Source of the DNA: Paragordius varius
Lineage: Eukaryota > Animalia > Nematomorpha
Length of the DNA: 64,000 nucleotides
Direction of reading: 5' to 3'
Assembly (NCBI GenBank): GCA_964247055.1
Contig: OZ176050.1
Location: 13,888,001 to 13,952,000 of the forward strand
Position 1 is the stretch's first letter, and each line of letters starts with the position of its first letter. The notes beneath the pieces were generated by a model. It had not been told where the DNA came from. It ran no database searches and saw nothing but the letters and a program-made list of their open reading frames with translations. The position numbers and the translations under genes were made by a program. Below, piece by piece: positions 1 through 11,244 of the stretch.

Positions 1-308
1 TCATCTTCGTCACTTTCGGCTTCACTCACTTTCTAAAATCCCAGGAAAAAAATTTCAAAAAAATATATTTTTTCTATGAATTCTCTAAAAATTATAAGTT
101 AAGGATTAAATGTTATATTGCATATAATTTTATAATTATTCAAATATTAAAATCAAAGAAACATTACTGATACGTTTTCAACCATGAGATTATCAAAGTA
201 TTACAAAATATTTTATTCTGAAAAATATTTCCATCAAAGATTGTGTATAAACCAATAATTTGCTCATATTTTTAATTTAAATATAATATATTAAAGAATA
301 TAGATTGT

Positions 309-342
<34 letters not shown>

Positions 343-387
343 TAAAACAAATATAATATTTGTATTATAAAAGTAGTTTTTTTTGAT

Positions 388-673
388 AAAAGGGTGTGAA
401 CAGATAATAAACCATATATTATTCGTAATAGCAATTTAAAGGTCCCTCCAAAAAATTTTTAAAGGACCCGAGAAATTATAAATTGCAAATTTAGAAAAAT
501 CGCAGTATAATTAATTTTCTCAATTTCTGAATAAATTTATTCGACTAAAGCTTATTTTAATTTTTACAGTTTGATAATGTAATAAATATGAATGACCGTA
601 TATACTTCTAATGCGACCCGCACCTGTTTTTTTAGTTAAAAATGTTACCCGCGAAGCCATTTGTGTATTGGAC
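388..673. mobile_element. Degenerate hAT (Buster/Charlie-like) MITE remnant; related fragments at ~3160-3420, ~12295-12345 and ~46607-46650
   Basis: Shared GCGGCCCGCG-like motifs and TTGGACAC(C/G)..TG termini. 46607-46640 is a near reverse complement of 650-672. Confidence 0.45.
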
Positions 674-925
674 ACGTCTGACCTAGACATAACTCATAAA
701 ACTAATAATTATTCATGTTTTAAACAAACATCGATTAATTATATTATTTTATATACAAGAATATATATAATAATTTATTTTTCGTATAAAAGCGTCATGA
801 AGCGAACAAATAAATAAAATAGATTATTCTTACAAATAAATCATAAAAACGCACTGTTTAATTCAATTACAGGTAAACGCAACTTGGATTTTGAACTATT
901 ATAAACTATAAAGTAAATAACTTAC

Positions 926-3900
926 CCAAACATCATTTCTAAACATTGGATCCTCATCGTCGTCTTCGAGGGCACAATTGTTATTCCTTTCTGCGGTTTC
1001 GCTTATTTTAGCATTTTGCATACCATTCGATAAATTTTGATTTTTATGCTTAGGCTTTAACTGATGATTATTTTTAACATCAGAACTAAATTTTTTCGTT
1101 TCAGAATTCACAGTAAAAGTATTATCTCCAATATTGTTGATTTTTAAATTATCTACCATAGGTTTTTGCTGTTTTTGTGGTTTTAAATGTGCAAAGGTAA
1201 CATAAGTTTTTATAAGGTCGGCACATGTGGAATCCTTTAACCATGTATGGGCATGGATACAAAGTTTAGGTATGAGTTGTTTTAAACAGGCTAGTATACG
1301 TTTTCTATTTTAAAAAAATTAATTGTATATTTGTTTAACTAATTGCTAAAAAAATGAATTTATTAAATGTTTTTCAAATAGAATAAATCCAATATTATTT
1401 TACTCTTAATTTGTTTTAGTTTAAAAATACAATTGATTACATATCAGCGATAGATTAAAATGGTTATTTTATTTTTAGTTATCGATTAAAACCCCAAAAA
1501 TATGTTTGTATATAACGTAATTACAAATTTAAATTATTTAGCCTTAAATTGTTTCGATCATAGTTTTGAAAAATTTAAGCTGTATATTATCTAATATAGC
1601 GATAAATTAGAACCGCAAGAAATTAATAATTTTTTAAATATTAAAAAAATATTTTAAACTGCGTTTCATACCGGTACCAATTTGATTTTTATCATTATTG
1701 TAGAATATGTTTACTTTGTATTAAAATATCATTTTCCATTTATCTAATCATATATGTATATTCCTTTGTTTAAGCACATTAATATTTAATTGATATTGCT
1801 TTTAAATTTAAAAATATATGAAAATCATTTGACAAAAAACTTTGTATCCAGAACCGTTCATATTAATTATATATATATATATATATATCTCAAAAATATT
1901 TAAGAAAAATTAAATTCCTAAAATTTCACATTTTAGGCATTTGTACACACAATAAGATATCATTATATATTTAAAACTTTCGTAATAATAAAAAATAAAA
2001 ATATTCGAAATTAAGCTTTTTTTATCTATATCTATTTTAAAAAAAGAGAAATAGTTAAATATTAACCTGACTGCTTCCTCAGACATATCTATAAGCTGGA
2101 CATGAATTAAACATTGTTCCAAAATAAAATTAAATTTTGTCCGTGTAAGGATACCACTCTCCTCATCATTATTTAGGGCATATCTTTTCCCATCTTTTTG
2201 ATGTTGCTTAGCAATGGCGTAATAAATGTACCTTATAAAATTTATATATTTTATCAACAATATTGTAACTTTTTTAAAAAAATACTTATATCATTAACTT
2301 AATTAATATATACTCTATATTAAGGAGGTAAATATCAATCTACTTTATTAATATTTGCGGTATTCTATTAATAATGACACACCATAACTAATGAAAACCC
2401 AAATAATTTAGTTAGTAAAGTCATCGATAAAAATATTTTTTTTTATTTTACAGCCTCAAACAATCATTTTAGTTTCATATACGGTTAAGTTAAGGCGATT
2501 TTTTTTACAATTTGCATGCTTTGAAAATCAATAGACTAACTATACCATTTCCCAGTCTAAATAAACGTTTTCCCAGTCAATCGAAACATTTTCCCAATCA
2601 ATCGAAACGTTTTCCCAGTCAATCGAAACATTTTCCCAGTCAATCGAAACGTTTTCCCAGTCAATCGAAACATTTTCCCAGTCAATCGAAACGTTTTCCC
2701 AATCAATAAAAACATTTTCTCAGTCAATAAAAACATTTTCCCAATCAATAAAAACGTTTTCCCAGTCAATAAAAACGGTTTTATTTTTGATGATAAATAT
2801 CAAAACAAGAATATCAAAACACCTTTTAACCATTATTAGCGTAATATTAGGATATAATTTTTATAAAAACACAATTGAATGACAATTTTTCCAAGTATAT
2901 TCCTGTGCACAATCATTAATGATTTATTCTTTAAATGTTATATTTTTGGAATTTAAGTTAAGGTAATATTTTTTATTTATCGACGCATTTATATATGCGG
3001 CTAACTTATAAAATCTATACTTACGGATTAAATAATAAAATTTATAAAAATATACCATTTTTATCACAAAGTCATTTAACACTTTATTGGATCTAAACAT
3101 AAACTTTACGCCAAGTTTTTTTAATATTTATAATTTGATTCATTGGAGGCCCAACGCTGCCTTCTGATAATCTTTGTGCGGCCCGCGAAAAATTTGGAAA
3201 ACCATATGCAAAAATATGCCCACAAAATCTTAGTAATAATCATATTTCTTACGTATTATTATGAATGGGTCTATTAAATTGGTAAAAAATTGTTATATTG
3301 TGTTTGTATTTTGCAGTCTTATAAAATTATGTGAATGCCCGTATATATTTCGAATAGAAAACCGTGTGCTTTTTGAGTTAAAGATGCGGCCAGCGAAAGC
3401 ATTTAGTTGGACACCCTTGTTTTAGTAAAATATCCTTTTTATTAAATATTTTTAGCTCAAAAACATTTTTATCAAAAAAAATTTCGTTAAGAGTTTTTTC
3501 CGACAGTATATTTATCGACAAACCGGAGATATTTAAAAACTATTCTGAAGCGTTCCGCAAATATTAATGCGGACTATCGATAAAATAAAAAATATTATCT
3601 TAACTTAAATTCCAAAAATATAACATTTAAAGAATAAATCATTAATGATTGTGCACAGGAATATACTTGGAAAAATTGTCATTCAATTGTGTTTTTATAA
3701 AAATTATATCCTAATATTACGCTAATAATGGTTAAAAGGTGTTTTTATATTCTTGTTTTGATATTTATCATCAAAAATTAAACCGTTTTTATTGACTGGG
3801 AAAACGTTTTTATTGATTGGGAAAATGTTTTTATTGACTGGGAAAATGTTTCTATTGACTGGGAAAACGTTTCGATTGACTGGGAAAATGTTTTTATTGA

Positions 3901-6900
3901 TTGGAAAAATGTTTTTATTGTCTGGGAAAATGTTTCGATTGACTGGGAAAACGTTTCGATTGATTGGGAAAATGTTTCGATTGACTGGGAAAACGTTTGG
4001 ATTGACTGGGAAATGGTATATATCGGTGTCCCTAACCTATGGAATTGCCTTTCTGGGCTTACGGAATTCCAACTCCGCTTACATATATTACTAATTGGCT
4101 GTTTCTAGCAACTGGTTATAGCGCCAGATAAACCCGCTTTATAATTTATAATTCGTAATCTTCAATTCTAAATACTAAGTAAATTATAGTTTTATACATG
4201 TTAACGCCCCCTTCCTCCCGAAGAAATTCTCTCCACAATTACCCTTATAAATATACTTTAACTGTATAATAATAATTTGCAAAAAATAGCTCACTCTTCC
4301 ATAAAATCAATGAAAGACATGGCATTTGTAGGCAAAAATTTTTCCACATAACGATTTCGTAGCAGCCCCAAATCAAGTTTATCCAAAAATGTGTTCATAA
4401 ATTGTATGAGATGATTCCAATAGAACAAAGCTTCGCTTAAAAAACATTTTTCACATGACATGAGGGAATTGATATTGGTTTGATTTAGTGTATTATTATT
4501 ATTGTGAATATTTTCAATATTAGAAGCAGTGGTATTTGAGGAGGGTATTTTATATACTAAGTCGTAATTATCATTGTGATATATACGTTCCAATTTCAAC
4601 AAATTTCTATTAACCAATTAAACAAATATATATACATTATGAAATTTTGGCTTTGAATATGCAAATATATATATTTATTTAGCTATAAAATGAAGTAATT
4701 TTAATTATATAATTTATTAATTTAAAAATATATCGTTATAAAATTACGTTTTCTCCTCCCTAACCAGATACTTCATAAGTATGTCAATGTCATCATTTAA
4801 ATCTCTATGGTTTATATGAAGATTTTTCCCATTCACAATTGTTGTATTATTAGTGTTGTTGTTAATGTTTCTACAGCTCAAAATAGTTTGTTCCAAAACG
4901 TGTGTTATTTCAAGATTATTATTAGGTGCTGCGCTGTGTAAATTTTTTAAAACGCTTTCAAAGAATGTCCTGAGAACTTGTGCACTGAGTTTGGGACACA
5001 ATTCAAAATCCAAAAGAGATAACAACTGCAAAATATTTCCATCTAATTGTTTAACCCATGTGGTTATGAGACGTTCGGAAAAGGTTTTTCGAAAATTAGC
5101 TACACATTCACAAAAGATATTTAATAAGAGAAATTAGTTTCATGAAAAAATGGGAATATAATTTGACTTAAAAGGCAACGCTCGTTGTAGATTATAATTG
5201 TGATTATGTTTGAACAAATTGAGGATCAAAAAATGAAAATCTTTTAAAAATATATTAATTCTTTACTTTTATGTTTGTGTCTATATTTTTATATTAAATA
5301 CAAATTAACTTAGGATAATTTAGGTTATGATAGAATCAACCAATGAAAATCATATACATTATCGTTATCCAAAAACGCACGAAACGATTGCTATTGGGTA
5401 TCGATAAAGTATTTATTTCATCGCTTAATCATGTGTGTAACTTAGACGACCTAATATAAAAGGCATAATATCCTTAATATAATCTACCATCATCTTCGTT
5501 ATATATTAGTGTGAGTAATTGTATCCGTTGATGTATGGTAATATATTTTATAGGTATTTTTTCCATAATTATAGTGTATGCCGTTTTACGCACGACCGAA
5601 TTCGGGTCTCTACAGCGTTCAAGAAGAGATGCCTTTGTGTAACGACAAGGTATTATATTTTGAAGCACTTTAAGTCTCAGCGTTGAAAGTGGATCGTTTT
5701 TCAGCAAAAACAAATAATCTAAAAAGGAATAAAAAGGAAAATTTTATAACCCGTACGTATAATATCAAAATTGTAAATAAAATATAGTAAGATTAACAAA
5801 TGATTTCAGGTAAAAACTAATAAGTTATTAAATGAAAAAAATGATTAGCACATGGTTAAAAAATGTGTTAAATTTACAAATAGATACTACAGAAAGGATT
5901 CATCAAGGGTAGTTGTTTATGGTGTATTTATTATATATTTTTTTAACCATCTAATCATTTTTTGATATTCTTTTGTTTTTTTGTGATAATCTTATTGTAT
6001 TTTCATAATATAAGATAGTGAAACAAACATTTTCCCTTTTGATATAACTTTATACACAATCGAAAGGAGGAACTGTTTCGAAATTAACACATATTAACAA
6101 TATTTTAAATAATTTCCAAGTTATTGATAATTTTTATTAATTTAGGGTTAAAAACTCTGAATTCATTCCAATAAAAGGTAATAATTTAAATACCTTTTAT
6201 AATTGGACATTCTGGATCTAGTGGATTTTGAAAAGGTGCAGTTGCTGATATAGCCATAGACCGAACCATAGAAGATTTATCCATTAGACAAAAGACAAGT
6301 TTATCATAGATTTCATCGTACAAATTGGCTTCAACCTCGTCATTTTTCCCCAGATTTTGAAACAAGAGATAAAAGAATTGACATATGCGGTACCTTATCT
6401 GTTATTGTACAAATAAAGCTTTATTCAGAAATAAACCCAATCGAATTTGAAACTAAAAAAGTGAGGATACGCTATAAATATAGGTTAAAAATAGTGAAGA
6501 ATATTTTTGTAATTTGTAAAACTTGAGTTGACAAAAGCAAGTGAAAGGTAAAAAACGCTGAGTAAAGTATTATAATTTGAAGCTGCCATAAAATTAAGCG
6601 GAAACCAAAATCAAAAACTCTTAATCATAAATAAGCAGTAATACATTGTTAAATATCATAGAAAATAAAATTAGAAATTATATTAATCTGAATTGAAAAT
6701 CAAGTGTTTACAATAAACTGATCTATCTTGAATAAGCTATAAATGCGGAACGAAAGTAAAAAAACAACTTACAGACCAAAACTAAACTGGATTGAATAAT
6801 AAATTAAATTTATAGATAAATCCAAAAAATTTTAAAAGCAAATTACAATGGGAAGAGTTGCATCCAAATGATTTAACATAAACCCTATAAGGGTATGAAC

Positions 6901-7226
6901 ATCACTTTTCATCATGGTAGAATCTGAAGCTAAATCACCAAATGTGATGGATGATTTATCTTCTTTAATAGTAGCGCAAAGTTTGGCAATCAAAATTAAT
7001 CCATTGGTTATGGTTTGGTCCTTACTTTCACAAATGATAAAACGCTTAACTATCTCAATTATAACATCCCAGTATTCTTGCTTATCATCGCACTAAAATA
7101 AATACTAAATTTTATTACTTTATCATATAAAAGCGTTAAATTTTTTAACAATTTATTATGTTTTGATACGGAGTCTTGTGCAAGATCAAATATCTCATAA
7201 AAATCCGATTTTTGAATTTGGCGCAT
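926..7226 (-). CDS. NCAPG: Condensin I subunit CAP-G (HEAT-repeat), 5' eight exons; gene continues toward/off the left edge
   Basis: Phase-consistent GT-AG exons 7226-7119, 7092-6847, 6398-6194, 5718-5488, 5099-4748, 4606-4295, 2231-2067, 1304-926. Peptides EIFDLAQDSVSKHNKLL, IRYRICQFF...MDKSSMVRSMAI...QNPLDPECPII, KNDPLSTLRLKVLQNI...RCRDPNSVVRKTAY, LDGNILQLLSLLD and FILEQCLIHVQLIDMSEEAVRKRIL are collinear with the CAP-G/Ycg1 N-terminal half as I recall it. Exons after 926 are unresolved; an acidic exon may start at 32 (KVSEAESDED). Confidence 0.9.
2541..4020. mobile_element. Foldback-type element with ~440-bp inverted arms, in CAP-G intron
   Basis: Arms 2541-2983 and 3577-4020 are near-perfect reverse complements. 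Each starts with TATACCATTT followed by ~11 copies of a 21-bp unit (TTTCCCAGTCAATCGAAACGT); the ~600-bp spacer is unique. Confidence 0.9.
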
Positions 7227-7586
7227 TGTAAATGTCATTCAATGATAAAACAATATGCGGATAAATAAACAAAATTATAATTTTTTTATTAATATATCAT
7301 AAAAATCCGATAATGTGTGTTAATAATATTTTTGGGGCAAAATTTAAATTCCAATTCCAAGGAATTATTCTCAGGCCAACTATTGATAAATTGACTAGCG
7401 GTACACATGTAGCTATATTATCCATTGCATGAAATATCTAAAAAAAAAGTTATTTATCATATCTTTTTTGGCATAAATAAACTTTAAAATACACATATAT
7501 AAATTCTATTATTATTAATTTTTAATTCATATCCTAGCCCATTTTATATTTTCGTAATTTCTTAAATGTTCAAAATTGAGCTTTAA

Positions 7587-8151
7587 CACTTCGATTCAAA
7601 TTGGGGTATCTAAATACCCCAGACTAAATTTAAATTATTATTTTTAAAAAACTATTGAAGAAAACGGTCCCAATTTAAATTGATGCTTCTATCCTGATAA
7701 GAATTATATAAATATGCCAAAATAGCTTGATAAAATTTTGTTTTAAAAAATATCCATCTAACTACTTCGAAGCCATTTTTATTTTACAAAATTTTTGCAA
7801 AATATCGTCTTCATTAATTTTAAGTATAAAACTAAAGCTAATTTTATTATAAATTACATTTAACATTGATAGAAATATAAAAGGCGGTTTATTTTTTATT
7901 ATTTTTTAATTTTACAATTTGACACATGTCACGGTGACGAAATTATTTCGGTTTTAGCTAAAAATAAGTAATATCAAGTATCTTTGGATTAAATCTTTTA
8001 TATATTTCGGTTTATTAATGTTATAAAAGTGCAAAATTTTGCCATGGTTATGATTCCTTCCATACTTTTTAAAGAATTTGATTTTAAACAGGGGGTACTT
8101 AACTACCCCAATTTGAATCGAAGGACTAAAATGAGGTGTTCTATCCAGATG
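7587..8151. mobile_element. piggyBac-like MITE (~565 bp, TTAA-flanked); other copies 42883-43427, ~59540-60058, ~62907-63830, 63955-64000
   Basis: TTAA at 7583-7586 and 8152-8155; imperfect TIRs containing TTCGATTCAAATTGGGGTA. 63955-64000 is identical to 7587-7632 and is also preceded by TTAA. Confidence 0.75.
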
Positions 8152-8409
8152 TTAAAGAGGCTTTAAATGAAATTCAAAATAAAAATAAAAAATTACATAA
8201 ATCATTATCTGCTAAACAAAACAATTAATATAACTTCTGCTAGGCTCAATTATACGTTATTGATTATACATTATAAAAACATTAAGCTATCAAAAAATAA
8301 ATATGAAACCTATATAGTCATAAGCCGATGCATTTTAAATTACTATAGTAATTTTTACTGCATAGTTTTTTAATTTTTAACATTAACTGAAAACGTTTAA
8401 AATATATTA

Positions 8410-8704
8410 CAGTAAAAGAAATTATACGGACAAAACGTAAAAATATAAAGACAAATATTTTTTTCTAAAAGACAAACAAACCATACTTTTCAAAACCTCA
8501 ATTTTTCTCATATAAGCTATTTAGAGTTATAATTATAAAATATAGAATTGATTATGTTAGTATAACATATCTCTACGCAGACTTTGCCATATAAAATAAT
8601 AAGTTATAGTGATATAAATCTAGATTTAAAAAGTATAGTTGTCTTTTAGAAAATATTTGTCTTTATATTTTAACGTTTTGTCCGTAAAATTTCAGTTTTT
8701 ACTG
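8410..8704. mobile_element. Tc1/mariner-like MITE family (TA|CAGTAAAA...TTTTACTG|TA); other copies 23555-23791, ~41858-42106, ~47185-47378, 52007-52300, 54222-54892, 55257-55524, 57321-57540, ~57549-57808, 58241-58501
   Basis: TA-flanked long TIRs with conserved ATTATACGGACAAAA and GACAACCATAC blocks, repeated about 10 times in the window. Confidence 0.85.
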
Positions 8705-11244
8705 TAAATTCAAATATTTAAAAGGCAGGGATTGGATATAAACTTTATAATTTTGGTTTTCATCTTTGACATAGGTCCAATTGTCTTCGTGAGGTATGAT
8801 GGAGGCCTTTGTCCTAATGTCACTGGTAAGATATGAAAGCATAAATTCCGACATCCATTCAATTGGAACCCTGATGTTTTGGCTTAAGCCAAGGTGACAA
8901 TTTTCACAAGCCTTTTTAACACATGAATAAAACTTTTGAACTGGAAAATAAAATTCTAAGGAATCATATAAATTTTTGATTCTTACTTAAAAAAATAAAA
9001 GTTCTACCAATAACTTCTCTACTCCTTATTTCGCCACCTAAACGATATATAATATAAAACAATAATCTTTAAATTTTTATAGTTTTGTCTTTATATTTGA
9101 CATGTAATATAATTGGAAGAAAATAGGAACCTTAAAAACTAAAGCCTTTATATGAACTGGTCGAGTACGAAACTCAATTTGAAGTGCGCAATGCTTATTT
9201 CGGTGCATATCAACGGACCCTTGACAACCTATCAGGTAAATCCCATCTTGCTTAATATATGGCGACATAGTATCATTCATATTACCATTCCTACTTATGT
9301 TTTTTAGGTTACCGTCAGATTTTACGAGACGGAAATTATTAATGGTTAATATAGGATGAGTCAAATTTGCTAAATGTTGAAACATGTGGGTTCTTTTATA
9401 CTTTTCATGCGTTGCCATGTCTACGGCATAAACTTCGTACTGATTTATGTATTCTAGCAAATTCTCTCCAAATCTATTATCCGATAGCGAGCTTGTAGAC
9501 GTGGGAGATTTATGCAAGAAATCAAGCGTTGAAATATTGAGGCTCTTAATTCCTGCCGTTGATATTGCGGCATTTATCTCAATAGAGGTAATTGAAGGTT
9601 TGGTTGAAAAGTTTCGCAAAGAATTCAAACTATAATTAACAGATTGGGTGGTAAATGAATATTGATTTGGAGTTACGTTAATATTGTAAGAGGGCCTAAT
9701 GTTCAAAGTAGTCTGAAATCGAGTTATATTATAAATCAAAGTATTATTAAAGGATCCCTTGGATAAATATGGGATATGAGTTGACAAGGATATATTATTA
9801 ATATTGAGTTGCGTGCTATTCGATATTTTTGTTAAAAGATTCGAATTAGCAAATATAATTGGCATCATATTGGTTACTCGGTAGAGAGAAATATTTTTAA
9901 CTGAAAATGTTGCATTAACAGTTGCAATATTAATGTTTGTTGTGATATTTTTACTTTTAACAGTGTATATGCCGGTTAGATTACCAATACTAACTTGTGG
10001 TCCTAGTGATGAGTTTTTTAAAGTTGAGGAGCCATTTGATAATAATTTGCGACACTTGTCATACTCAGATGGTCCGGCCATTTCAGCCGTTGTTTTTGGC
10101 CACCAAAGTGGTAAACTTAATCGAGAGCGTCCATTTTTATTAGGAGAATTAAAAACATTTTTTGGTTTTTGTGGAATATCATTGTAATTATGTTGTTTAT
10201 ATCCACAGTTTATATTGCAACAAAAAAGGCCATGGTTACCAAAAACTTGCGATTTCCGCCTCCTTTTCTGTTTTAGTACTTTACGTTTTAAAGCGTGTAA
10301 CATTATAATCTTTTTGCGTAAAATTTCATTCCTACTCTGCATATAATTTACAAATATATTAACATTATTTTTTATTGGCTTCTCATTATTATTGATGCTA
10401 TTATTAAAAACCAGTCCAGAAAGACCTGCTGTATTATTTATGAGAGTTGACCGTAAAGTTTTATCAAAATTAATATTTCCAGAGATAAGAGTATCCGTTT
10501 TATTTTTAGTCGATATGGCATCCGTTGTAAAAATTATATTATTATATTTCATCAAAGTTACACCTTTGTTGAGATTTACGTCCTCACTAATTGTAATTTT
10601 ATTTTCCATTTTTTTGATATTTGTAGCATTATTACCACTGTATGCAAAAGTTGTATTGAAAAAAATAATTTTTTTATTTTCCGTTGATTTGACATGCATT
10701 TCATGGAGTTTTGATTTCAATTTTAGAGCCAAATCCGTTAATTTACGTTTAAGTTCAATATCAGATTTTAGGCTTTCGTTAACAGTTATAACTGGACCGA
10801 GTGTTGTAAAATCTGATGTATGAATTGAAGTTTGGTTTTTTTCAACTAACATATGCATGGCTTGTTCAATGGCAGTTTTCTGAATATAGAATGGAAATAT
10901 TTTATAACATTTAACTAATGCTCAAATGAAATAATAAAATAATTGAAAGTACAAACTTGGTTTTTCTTTAGGAATGGTGTTGTCACATCTATTGATTGGT
11001 TAATTAACTTATCATTAGTGTTGGTTGTCATCAAATTTGGGAATTTGATATTGTTCCCAAATAGAATATTGATAAAATCACGGTTTTCTGCCAAAAACTT
11101 TGCATATAAAGTATCTTCTCCCCTTTGATTTAAATTGTCATTTAGGGAATTTTTACTGGCCCATGTCATTCTGATACCGAATATAATTATTACGTAATGA
11201 AGAAATATATTATCTTTAACTTTAATGGGATCCAAAATTTTCAT
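8699..11244 (-). CDS. Unknown secreted or type II membrane protein, ~749 aa, Asn/Ser/Thr-rich stalk plus Cys-containing C-terminal domain
   Basis: Exons 11244-10957, 10879-9131 and 8911-8699, all phase 0 with GT-AG. N-terminal hydrophobic segment IFLHYVIIIFGI. The third exon (ACENCHLGLSQNIRVPIEW...) is not in the ORF track. The ORF-track start at 11271 is TTG, so the ATG at 11244 was used. Confidence 0.65.

Noticed and set aside
315-340. (AT)n microsatellites here and at ~1868, 27580, 42333, 54371, 55900
   Set aside because: Ordinary for an AT-rich genome; relevant only as TATA/TA insertion targets.
2512-4094. ORFs 2512-2709, 2557-2769 and 3792-4094 with heptad repeats (FPSQSKH / LTGKMFR)
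   Set aside because: They are translations of the 21-bp subterminal repeats of the foldback element, inside a CAP-G intron.
9447-10823. Plus-strand ORFs antisense to long minus-strand exons (also 4853-5137, 18966-19331, 21095-21292, 22110-22367, 39032-39933, 49425-49643)
   Set aside because: Shadow ORFs with no recognisable motifs or independent gene structure.
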